Below are positions 1 to 11,110 of a DNA stretch of 21,506 nt, piece after piece (the first letter of the stretch is position 1; each line of letters starts with the position of its first letter). The DNA is taken from the NCBI GenBank assembly GCA_039934135.1, contig JBDTMT010000022.1, positions 1 through 21,506 on the forward strand, in the 5' to 3' direction. The notes under the pieces are model-generated. The model searched no databases. It had not been told where the DNA came from and saw nothing but the letters and a program-made list of their open reading frames with translations. Position numbers and translations under genes: made by a program. The DNA is from a bacterium (GTDB lineage: Bacteria > Desulfobacterota > Binatia > HRBIN30 > CADEER01).

Positions 1-226
1 GAGGCAGCCAACCCCGACTTCGGCACCGGTTATGTCGTCGCCATTCCCGGCGGCAGCCCGGCGCGCTGCAACCCGATCAGCGCCGGGCCGGCCTGCCGCG
101 ATGCCGGGCTGGAGCGCTTGCCGTGACCCGACGCGCGACGCGGCGCGCCGGTGCGCATCGCCAACCGCTGGCGTGCCGGTCGCTGCGGTTGCCGCGCCGC
201 GCGTCCGCCTGCTAGCGGCTGCCCCT

Positions 227-1144
227 ATGCCCATGCTCGACGCCAACGGTCTGCGCCTCGCCTACGAAGAGTTCGGAGACCGGCAGCAGACGCCGATGCT
301 GCTGATCATGGGGCTCGGCGCCCAGATGATCCTGTGGCGCGACGAGTTCTGCCGCCAGCTGGCGGCACGCGGCTACCGCGTCGTCCGATTCGATAACCGC
401 GACATGGGCGAGTCGACGCGGCTGGACGAGCTCGGCGTGCCGAACCTGCTCGGCATCTTGGCCGCGGCGATGACACAGCAGCCGATCGACGCGCCCTATC
501 TGCTGCGCGACATGGCGGATGACAGCGTCGGCGTGCTCGACGCGCTCGACATCGCCAGCGCCCACGTCGTCGGCGCCTCGATGGGCGGCATGATCGCCCA
601 GTGCATGGCCATCCAGCATCCGACGCGCGTGCGCTCGCTGACGTCGATCATGTCGACGACCGGCAATCGCGCCCTGCCGCCGCCGCGCCCGGAAGTCGCC
701 AGCGTGCTGATGACCGCGCCGCCCAGCACTCGCGACGCGGCGATCGAGCATGGCGTACATGTCTACCGCACCATCGGCAGCCCCGGCTTCCCGTTCGACG
801 AAGCCGAGGTGCGCGGTCTCGCGACGCGCAGTTACGACCGCGGTTTCAACCCCGCCGGCGTCGCCCGCCAACTGGCGGCCATCGTCGCCTCGGGCAGTCG
901 CGTCGAGGCGCTGCGCGAGCTGCGCCTGCCGGCGCTTGTCGTGCACGGCACCGACGACCCACTGGTGCCGTTCGCCGCCGCCGAGGATACGGTGGCCAAC
1001 ATTCCGGGCGCCGAGCTGTTGGCCATCGAGGGCATGGGACACGACATGCCGCACGCCGTCTGGCCGCGCTTGATCGACGCCATCTGCCGCGTCGCGGCGC
1101 GGGCGGACGCGGCACAGGCCGCCGCCGCACGCGCCACCGCGTAA
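227..1144 (+). CDS. alpha/beta-fold hydrolase (serine hydrolase). The start is probably an internal ATG at 227 (MPMLDANGLRLAYEEFGD...); the ORF itself extends back to 32.
   Basis: The translation has the alpha/beta hydrolase architecture: an LLIMGLGAQ oxyanion-region motif, a GASMGG nucleophile elbow (G-x-S-x-G) and a C-terminal HGTDDPLVP...GMGHDMPH catalytic Asp/His region. The N-terminal 65 residues of the ORF are Arg/Ala-rich and look non-native. Third-position GC is high. No clear Shine-Dalgarno sequence is visible. Confidence 0.8.
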   Translation: MPMLDANGLRLAYEEFGDRQQTPMLLIMGLGAQMILWRDEFCRQLAARGYRVVRFDNRDMGESTRLDELGVPNLLGILAAAMTQQPIDAPYLLRDMADDSVGVLDALDIASAHVVGASMGGMIAQCMAIQHPTRVRSLTSIMSTTGNRALPPPRPEVASVLMTAPPSTRDAAIEHGVHVYRTIGSPGFPFDEAEVRGLATRSYDRGFNPAGVARQLAAIVASGSRVEALRELRLPALVVHGTDDPLVPFAAAEDTVANIPGAELLAIEGMGHDMPHAVWPRLIDAICRVAARADAAQAAAARATA

Positions 1145-1231
1145 GCGCATCGGCGTTCGCTGCCGCGTCGATCGCTGCCGATTGACAACCGCGGCCGACG
1201 CCCGACACGCTCCGAACTGGGGGACGGCAAG

Positions 1232-2218
1232 ATGAAGCGCGCAGGGATCGCTGCCGTGGCGGCAGCTGTCATCGTCGGCGGACTGGCGCTGTGGTACGGC
1301 GCGCCCGTCGAGCCGGCGCACACGCTGCCGGCGCTGCCGGTACGACAGGCGGACAGCGGCAGCCCGAGTCTCGCCGGCGCGGCGCATCAGAATACGGCGC
1401 GAGCGCCGGCCGCGCCGCCGCCCGGACGCGGCGCGGCAGGGCCTGTCGCCGATCAATCGGGCGGCGCGCCTCACGGCGCCGGCGGGTCGGCCGCCGCGCC
1501 GCCCAACCCGCCGAGCGATGCCGCCGCGCGCATTGCCAACGGCGCCGCGCACGGCCCGCCGCCAACCGCGCCGCCGGTGCCGACGGTGGGTCCGCCGCAG
1601 GCGCCGGCCACAGCCGCCGCGCCGTCAGACGACGGCGACGGCAGCGCACCACCCACGGAGCCACTGTACGAGTTGGTCTTCGACGGCGGCGCCGATCGCG
1701 TCTTCCCGACCGACTCGCAGGAGCAGATCAACGCCCGCCGCATGCCCGGCGGCGCCGGCAGCATCCAGTTCTGGCTCATGCCGGAGTGGGATGCGGGCAA
1801 TCAGGACGCCGCAACGCTGGTGCAACTCGGCGACAGCGGCATGGAGATCGTCAAGGACGGCGACGCGTTGCGCTTTCGCTTTCACGACACGACCGGCGCC
1901 GACAACAGCGTCGACGCCTACCTCGCGGACTGGGCTCCCAATCAATGGCGCCACGTCACCGCCACGTGGCTCGGCTCGCAGCTCAATCTCTATGTGGATG
2001 GGCAGCTGGTGGCGCAGAACACTTTCGCCACGGCGCCGGACTTCGGCCAACAGACCAACATCTCCGTCGGCTCCGCGTTCCCCGGCGGCGAGCCCGCCGC
2101 GCGCTCATCCATTGTCGGCCTGCACATCTTGAACCGCGACCTCAACCCGCACGAGATCGCCGAGATGCTCCACGGCGTCGCGCCGCCGCGTATCAATCCC
2201 GCCGCCCCCGCGCCCTAG
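1232..2218 (+). CDS. Membrane-anchored protein with a Pro/Ala/Gly-rich low-complexity linker and a C-terminal LamG-like (concanavalin A-like lectin/glucanase, Laminin_G_3-type) domain.
   Basis: The N-terminal hydrophobic segment IAAVAAAVIVGGLALWY looks like a signal anchor. About 140 aa of PPxAP-type low complexity follow. The C-terminal ~180 aa carry the jellyroll signature (WxH...Q.NLYVDGQLV...) typical of LamG-like domains. Codon bias is consistent with a real gene. A GGGGA RBS-like sequence sits upstream of the ATG. Confidence 0.8.
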   Translation: MKRAGIAAVAAAVIVGGLALWYGAPVEPAHTLPALPVRQADSGSPSLAGAAHQNTARAPAAPPPGRGAAGPVADQSGGAPHGAGGSAAAPPNPPSDAAARIANGAAHGPPPTAPPVPTVGPPQAPATAAAPSDDGDGSAPPTEPLYELVFDGGADRVFPTDSQEQINARRMPGGAGSIQFWLMPEWDAGNQDAATLVQLGDSGMEIVKDGDALRFRFHDTTGADNSVDAYLADWAPNQWRHVTATWLGSQLNLYVDGQLVAQNTFATAPDFGQQTNISVGSAFPGGEPAARSSIVGLHILNRDLNPHEIAEMLHGVAPPRINPAAPAP

Positions 2219-2841
2219 GTGGGCAAACGCGGCCCGCGCAGGCGCGGCTCGGCGACCACCAGCGTCCAGGGGAATGACGTGACGCAGCGATGGACGCGCA
2301 GCTCCGCTCCGACGAACGTCGCGAACTGCCGCCTCGACCAGTGCTGGACGTGGCCGGGGTCGTTGCCGAACGCCGCGACGTTCTTGCCGCGCAGAACATT
2401 CGCCAGGCGGAAGTACGGCTCGTGCGGAACCGTGCACACGACGTAGCGGCGCGCCACACGGCCAAGCTCGCGCAGCCCGTCCGCCGGCTGCGGGAGATGT
2501 TCGAGCACCTCGGTGGTGAGCACGACATCGAAGGCCGCGTCGGCATACGGCAGTCGCGTGACGTCGGCGCAGACCCGCGGCACGCCGGCGGGAAAGACGC
2601 CGGCGAATAGCAGCGCCGACAGCTCCCGATCCGTGGCGATGAGCCGCGCTGCACCGACGTGGGGCGCGAGACGCGCCAGGGTGAACCCCTCGCCGCTGCC
2701 GGCGTCGAGCAAGGTTTCAAACTCGAGCTCGCGCAGCAGCCCGATCAGTGTGGCGTAGAAGCGGTCGATGAGCAGTCGCTGCAGCGGATTGGTCGAGGTG
2801 TGCTTCCTGGCGTTGTCGGACAGGCCAGGCGCACTAGCCAT
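2215..2841 (-). CDS. Class I SAM-dependent methyltransferase (small, 208 aa).
   Basis: It has the motif I LLDAGSGEG (a Rossmann SAM-binding G-x-G-x-G), an acidic post-motif (TDRE) and a VLTTEVLEHL motif consistent with class I methyltransferases. The start ATG at 2841 overlaps the upstream GT2 stop by 8 nt (ATGGCTAG). The stop shares a CTAG with the convergent LamG gene stop. Confidence 0.8.
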   Translation of the reverse strand: MASAPGLSDNARKHTSTNPLQRLLIDRFYATLIGLLRELEFETLLDAGSGEGFTLARLAPHVGAARLIATDRELSALLFAGVFPAGVPRVCADVTRLPYADAAFDVVLTTEVLEHLPQPADGLRELGRVARRYVVCTVPHEPYFRLANVLRGKNVAAFGNDPGHVQHWSRRQFATFVGAELRVHRCVTSFPWTLVVAEPRLRGPRLPT

Positions 2842-3796
2842 GCGAGACTCGGCGCGCAGGGCGCGCGACGGGCGTGTACTCTTCGCATAGGGCAGCGTTG
2901 TGCGGCGGGCTCGCGGCGCGGCGCTGCTCGGCGAGCAGGCCGGCGACCAGGCATTGCCCCATCAGCACGACGATCACCCCGGCGAGCGCCGCTAGCCAGA
3001 CGCCGCTGAGGTGCACCACGCCGAGCCGGTCGAGCCCCAGCGCGGCTATGCACAGCAGCGCCGCCGCCCCCGCGCCGCTCAGCGCCAGGACGGCGAAGAA
3101 GTGCAACGGTCGATCGCGATAGCGGGTCAGCAGCAGCACGGTCAGCAGATCGAGCAGCGCCTTCGGTAAGCGGGTGCCCCCGTACTTCGAGGCGCCGTGC
3201 CGCCGCGGACTGTGGCGCACGTCGATCTCGCCGATGCGCGCGCCGAGCCCCTGAGCGAAAACCGGGATGAAGCGATGCAGTTCGCCGTACGGATGCAGTT
3301 GTTCGATCAGCTCGCGGCGGTAGGCCTTGTAGCCGCAGTTGACGTCGTGCAGCGGCACGCCGAAGACGCGCCGCACAACGGCGTTGAACAGCCGCGAGGC
3401 GACGACCTTGCCGCGCCGATCCCGGCGCAGGCGTTTGCGGCCCGAGACCAGGTCGAACCCGGCGTCGATGGCCGCGACAAAGCGCGGCAATTCGGCTGGA
3501 TCGTCCTGCAGATCCGCATCCATCGTCACGACCACATCGCCGCGCGCCGCGGCGAACCCGGCCGCCAGAGCGGCGGCCTTGCCGTTGTGCGTGCGCAGGC
3601 GCAGCACCCGCACGCGCGCGTCGACGTCGGCCAGCGCCCGCAGGGCCTCGAGCGAGCCGTCGCTGCTGCCGTCGTCGACGAAGAGGATTTCCGACTCGCC
3701 ACCCAGCCCGTCGAGCGCCAACCCCAGTTGCGCGGCGAGCGGCGCCAGGCTGCGGCGCTCGTTGAACAGCGGAATGACGATGCTGAGCACATTCAT
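2834..3796 (-). CDS. GT2-family polyprenyl-phosphate glycosyltransferase (ArnC / GtrB / DPM1-like) with two C-terminal transmembrane (TM) helices.
   Basis: It carries the signatures VIPLFNE, ILFVDDGSSDGS and TMDADLQDDP (the DxD-type catalytic motif of ArnC/DPM1-like enzymes) plus GRKRLRRDRRGK. The C-terminal hydrophobic helices (FFAVLALSGAGAAALLCIAALGL...VVLMGQCLVAGLL) match the GtrB/ArnC architecture. The start is taken as the internal ATG at 3796, which forms an ATGA overlap with the stop of the upstream membrane-protein gene. The ORF itself extends to 3838. Confidence 0.85.
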   Translation of the reverse strand: MNVLSIVIPLFNERRSLAPLAAQLGLALDGLGGESEILFVDDGSSDGSLEALRALADVDARVRVLRLRTHNGKAAALAAGFAAARGDVVVTMDADLQDDPAELPRFVAAIDAGFDLVSGRKRLRRDRRGKVVASRLFNAVVRRVFGVPLHDVNCGYKAYRRELIEQLHPYGELHRFIPVFAQGLGARIGEIDVRHSPRRHGASKYGGTRLPKALLDLLTVLLLTRYRDRPLHFFAVLALSGAGAAALLCIAALGLDRLGVVHLSGVWLAALAGVIVVLMGQCLVAGLLAEQRRAASPPHNAALCEEYTPVARPARRVSHG

Positions 3797-5466
3797 GGCG
3801 GATTGCCGCCTTCTGCCGCGTCGCGCCGCGGTGGGCAAGGCGGCGGCAGGCCGTTCGGCCAGGGTTGCGGTGTGTCGGCGGTGCGCAGGGCGCGCACGGG
3901 AATGGCGCCGAAGCGGCCGATTTCGACGTAGGCGCTGTCGATGTACGCGATGATGCGCGCCGAGTACGCGGCGAAGAGCCGATCCTCGCGGTTGTCGAGC
4001 ATGCGCGAGCCGTCGCCGAGCACCAGCGGCACGTGTTGGCGGCGCACCGTGTCGATCCAGCGCTGCTGGTCCGCCTCGGTGCTGAAGAAGCCCGGCGACC
4101 AGGCCGGCTGTGCGCCGCCGAAGCGTCGGTCGGAGAAGTAGTAGGCGCCGATCAGCGGCGGCAGGGCGATGAGGTGATCACCCGCCTCGGTGCAGCGGCG
4201 CACGTACTGAATCGCCTGCACCAGCGTGTCGGCGGGATTCTCCGCCGTCAGCTGCGCCAGCAGTGCGTCGCGCGGCATGGCGTGCACGCGCCACGCGCGC
4301 AGGCCGGCGCCGGCGTTGGGGCTCGGCCAGCCGCTCATGCCCATGGCCGCCCGGAGCCCGACCATGAGCACGCCGCCGAGCACCACCGTAGCCGCGATCG
4401 CCCATGCGGTTGCCCGGCCGCGCCGCGCTGCCGCGGCCGACCAGATACGTCCGGCGAACCAGGCGCAGAGCACGAAGCAGAGCGCGATCGCCTGCAACAG
4501 GTGGGTGTAGTCGGAGCGATGCGCCGCATGCATCAACACGGCCTGCGCCATGACGGCTGCCGTCGCCAGGCGTCGCCGTTCGGCGACGGCGCGGCAGACA
4601 CCGGGCCACAGTGCCGCGACCAGCGCGAGCGGCGGCAACGCGTAGAAGCTGACGAAGAGCAGGAAGGTCGCGTTGGCTGGCGCGGCCAGCGGCTTCGTCC
4701 CGTCGAACGATGGGAAGGGCAGCGCCATGCCACTGGCGTGGCGCGGTCCATTGATCAACGTGTCGGCGATGTAGGTGCCGAGCCCACCGCGCCACGCCAA
4801 CCAGATCAGCCACGGCGCCGCCCAGACCGCGACCAACGCGGCGAGCTGCGCCAGGCGGAGCGCGGGCCGACTCGCCGGCCCGGGTCGACTCGCGACCGCG
4901 ACCGCGGCGCCGAGGCCCGTGAAAGCGCCGAAGTCGGCGCGAAACAACGCCGTCGCCGCGACGGCCGCGGCGAGCAGCCACAGCGAGCGAGGCGACGGCC
5001 GCTCGATCTCACGCCACGCCGCCCACAGGCAGACCACCGGACCGAGCACGGCGTAGTACTTGTACAGACGCGGCGCGAGCACCAACGCGACAAACAACAG
5101 CAGCGCGGCGATTACTCTGCTGCCGCCGGCGATCCACATGAGGCGGAACAACACCGCATACGCGAGGCTGTACGCGGCGCTGACCAGGCACAGATCGGCG
5201 AGCGGACAGGCGCCCAACAGCCATTGCGCCAGCGCGCTCGGGTAGTAACGCAGCGGACCGTAGTCGGTGTGCCAGTCGACGAACGGGTACTCGCCGTGCA
5301 GGATCTGATTCGCCCCGCCGAGCTGGTGGACCCAATCGCCGTCGATCGCCAGCACCGCCGGCGTCGGCCAGCGCAGCGCCATCCAGACCAGCGTGATCAG
5401 CGCCACCACCAGCAGCGTGCGCACGACGCGCGACGTCGATTCGGAATCGAGAAGCGACGCGCTCAT
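3793..5466 (-). CDS. Polytopic integral membrane protein, putative GT-C-type glycosyltransferase (ArnT/PMT_2-like), partner of the adjacent GT2 enzyme.
   Basis: There are at least 10 predicted hydrophobic helices, for example LLVVALITLVWMAL, VIAALLLFVALVLAPRLY, LWLLAAAVAATALF and FLLFVSFYALPPLALVAAL. A candidate acidic loop motif (AIDGDW) sits in the first extracytoplasmic loop. The C-terminal ~150 aa form a soluble domain. The start is chosen at the ATG at 5466 (MSASLLDSES...) because a GAGG sits upstream and because the ORF's upstream extension to 5724 would overlap the GST gene ending at 5525. The stop overlaps the GT2 start (ATGA). Confidence 0.7.
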   Translation of the reverse strand: MSASLLDSESTSRVVRTLLVVALITLVWMALRWPTPAVLAIDGDWVHQLGGANQILHGEYPFVDWHTDYGPLRYYPSALAQWLLGACPLADLCLVSAAYSLAYAVLFRLMWIAGGSRVIAALLLFVALVLAPRLYKYYAVLGPVVCLWAAWREIERPSPRSLWLLAAAVAATALFRADFGAFTGLGAAVAVASRPGPASRPALRLAQLAALVAVWAAPWLIWLAWRGGLGTYIADTLINGPRHASGMALPFPSFDGTKPLAAPANATFLLFVSFYALPPLALVAALWPGVCRAVAERRRLATAAVMAQAVLMHAAHRSDYTHLLQAIALCFVLCAWFAGRIWSAAAARRGRATAWAIAATVVLGGVLMVGLRAAMGMSGWPSPNAGAGLRAWRVHAMPRDALLAQLTAENPADTLVQAIQYVRRCTEAGDHLIALPPLIGAYYFSDRRFGGAQPAWSPGFFSTEADQQRWIDTVRRQHVPLVLGDGSRMLDNREDRLFAAYSARIIAYIDSAYVEIGRFGAIPVRALRTADTPQPWPNGLPPPCPPRRDAAEGGNPP

Positions 5467-5524
5467 CCTCGTCGCCTCACGCGGCGGCGATCGGACCGGC
5501 GCGGCACCGCCTGCGCGGCCTGCC

Positions 5525-6154
5525 TCACGCGGCGGCCGCGGGCGTCGGACTGGTCGACTGCACCGCCGGACGAGCTCGCAGACGCTCGACCCAGGCCCGC
5601 ACCGCCGGCCGCGGCTCGAGCAGATGTGCCAGCCCACACGCGGCCAATTCACAGACCAGCGGCGCATAGGCGACATCGGCCAGCGAGAAGGTGCCGACGA
5701 TGTAGTCGCCGCGCCCGAGCACACCTTCCAACACGTCGAGGTGCTCGCCGAGCTCGTCAGCGGCGCGCGCCTGATCGTCGCGGTCCCACGCCGACTCGGG
5801 CAGGAACAGGCGCGTCAGCCAACGCTTGAAGGGCGGCGCGAAGTAGTCGCCCGAGGCGAGCATCCACTGCCGCACCTGCGCCCGTTGCGCCGCATCGGCC
5901 GGCAACAGCGCCGGTAGCGGATGGCGCTCTTCGAGGTACTCGAGGACCGCCAGCGACTCGCAGATGACCAGACCGTCGTCCTCCAGCACCGGCACCTGGC
6001 CAAACGGATTCAGCCGCCGGAAGGCCGCGCCGCGCGTCGCGCCACCCGGCAGGTCGACCTCAACCTCCTCACAGGCGATGCCCTTCTCGCGTACCGCAAT
6101 GCGCACGCGACGCGGGAACAGCGAAAACGGATGCCAGTGCAGGCGCATGACCAT
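5525..6154 (-). CDS. Glutathione S-transferase (GST).
   Basis: It has the N-terminal thioredoxin-like GST domain (MRLHWHPFSLFPRRVRIAVREKGI...FGQVPVLEDDGLVICESLAVLEYLEE) and the C-terminal alpha-helical GST domain. Confidence 0.85.
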   Translation of the reverse strand: MVMRLHWHPFSLFPRRVRIAVREKGIACEEVEVDLPGGATRGAAFRRLNPFGQVPVLEDDGLVICESLAVLEYLEERHPLPALLPADAAQRAQVRQWMLASGDYFAPPFKRWLTRLFLPESAWDRDDQARAADELGEHLDVLEGVLGRGDYIVGTFSLADVAYAPLVCELAACGLAHLLEPRPAVRAWVERLRARPAVQSTSPTPAAAA

Positions 6155-6223
6155 CGCCGCTCCCTCTATGGCGCGGCCCTCGACGCGTCCAGCGATGCGA
6201 CCGCCTGACGCCGAAGCCGCTGG

Positions 6224-6639
6224 TCACGACCGGCAACGGCGGCATCGCGTTGCCGGGAGGCGCTCAGGCGCCGAGACGTTCGCCGCACCGAGCAGCACGA
6301 AGACGTAGTACAGCGGCAGAATACGCAGCGGGCGGCGCACAAAGAACCGATGTACGACGGGAACCGCCCGGCGCGGACCGCCTGGATGAACGGCAAGCTG
6401 AGCAGGAAGCTGCTGAGCACGAAAAGCAGATCGACGCCGAAACCGCCGCCGACACGCACGAAGGCCACCAGCGGCGAGATCCACGTCCCGGTCGGGTTGC
6501 AGCCCCAACACACGAAGCCGTCGGTGTGGAAGGCGAGCACCATCAGCATGGCAATGCCGCGCATGCCTTCCATTTCGGCCAGGTACGGCGTCGACACCGC
6601 CGCCGACCGCGCGCTCGCCGCCGCCCTGGTCCTGCTCAA
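6224..6639 (-). pseudogene. Remnant of an acyltransferase-3 family (OafA/YrhL-like) membrane acyltransferase gene, frameshifted and truncated to the N-terminal ~130 aa.
   Basis: ORF 6166-6639 encodes the family N-terminus (MEGMRGIAMLMVLAFHTDG...GGFGVDLLFVLSSFLLSLPFI). The next conserved block (FFVRRPLRILPLYYVFVLL, the RRxxRIxPxY motif) appears only in a different frame, in the C-terminal part of ORF 6224-6916, and then hits a stop at 6224. Full-length family members are about 350-400 aa with ~10 TM helices. This argues for a frameshift near 6310-6350 plus a 3' truncation. Confidence 0.55.
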
Positions 6640-6935
6640 CCGCAGGCAGCGCGGCTCGCCCCGTGTCGACCGACATACGCAACGTGCCTAAACCTGGAGG
6701 CCGCCAGCGGGGCAAGCGGCGGGAACTGCGCAAGGCCGGCGACCCTGCGCGCCCGTAGCTCGACAACTTCCGGCCCCCCCACCGTCGGGGCGTAACGGGC
6801 AGTGCCTGGCCGCGCGACCAGCTACGGACGACGCGGAGTCGAGAGGGGGCACGTGCCGGATCGGAACGCCGCGCAGGCGGATCCGAGCGCCAGAGACGTG
6901 TGGCCGATCGCCGCACGTGCGCCCGTTGTTCCGTC

Positions 6936-10531
<3,596 letters not shown>

Positions 10532-10535
<4 letters not shown>

Positions 10536-11098
10536 GCGCGCGGCTCAGTGGAGAAGCCAGGGAGTTCGTGCGCCAGTATGCCCGTCCGCCCGTGCGCCCG
10601 ACGCGCTCCGCCGTCAGGGGTTTTCAATTGCGTGTAATACATGGGGGACTCGTTGACTCGACCCTCTCCGCCACCCACAGCCTTGCTGTAAGCCGTCAAT
10701 CGACGAACCAAACCCGAACAGAGCTGACGAACCTTCTGCGCCTGGTCATACACCGACTGGAACGTCGCGCGATCGATGCATTTCTCGTCCAACGCGACGT
10801 AGAGACAGCTTTGGATCTCGGACGCCGATCGAATCGCGTATCGCAGGAAGCGCTTGAACTCGTTGCGCGACGAACTGTCGAATCCTTCGGCGATGTTGTT
10901 CATCGTCGAAACCGAGGCGCGGCGCATCTGGTCGGCAAGGCCGTGATCGTTCCGCAGCGCCGGAAGGCGGACCAATCGATACACCTGACCGGTCAGCATG
11001 CGTGCAGCCTGCCACGCCTTCAGATCCTCAAACCGTCGTACCAACCCCACAGTTTGGCCCCTCGCTCTTTCTGGTCCTTGACGGGCTAACGGGCACAC
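10532..11098 (-). CDS. Four-helix-bundle protein of the TIGR02436 family (Avd-like; the '23S rRNA intervening sequence protein' family), with an unusual ~55-aa C-terminal extension.
   Basis: The core (FEDLKAWQAARMLTGQVYRLV...ADQMRRASVSTMNNIAEGFDSSSRNEFKRFLRYAIRSASEIQSCLYVALDEKCIDRATFQSVYDQAQKVRQL) matches the conserved family pattern (F.EL.vWQ.A..L...vY.L...FP..E.ygL.sQiRRAavSI..NIAEG....s..ef.rFl.iA.GS..El...L.la...). The ORF's outermost start is a GTG at 11098. A GTG at 11050, preceded by a GAGGGG sequence, is a plausible true start. The stop (10532-10534) overlaps the dnaE ATG. Confidence 0.75.
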
Positions 11099-11110
11099 CG
11101 GCGCACGGGC

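Noticed and set aside
32-226. N-terminal 65-residue extension of the first alpha/beta hydrolase ORF.
   Set aside because: The extension is Arg/Ala-rich and is not a signal peptide. The conserved hydrolase N-terminus begins at the internal Met at 227. The same reasoning was applied to guaB (14290-14448), cls (16505-16813), the GT2 gene (3797-3838) and the GT-C gene (5467-5724), whose ORF extensions would overlap neighbouring genes.
1145-1231. Sigma-70-like promoter (TTGACA at 1183-1188) upstream of the LamG gene.
   Set aside because: No acceptable -10 hexamer is found at the right spacing. In a 70% GC genome an isolated TTGACA is weak evidence. It was not reported as a feature.
1291-2277. 328-aa Arg-rich ORF overlapping the LamG gene in another frame, and similar Arg/Pro-rich ORFs at 601-1185, 1518-2132, 3339-3953, 3865-5829, 11285-12658, 12919-14853, 16787-18682 and 18873-20216.
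   Set aside because: All overlap well-supported genes in other frames or on the opposite strand. Their composition is dominated by Arg, Ala, Pro and Gly from GC-rich codons, and they have no recognisable motifs. They are artefacts of high GC.
6640-6935. tRNA, SRP RNA, tmRNA or another structured RNA in the 300-bp non-coding gap.
   Set aside because: No T-loop GTTCGAATC-like motif, no SRP domain IV GGAAGGAAGCAGC-like motif and no other recognisable RNA signatures were seen by eye. The region is left as unexplained non-coding sequence to be scanned computationally (see finding).
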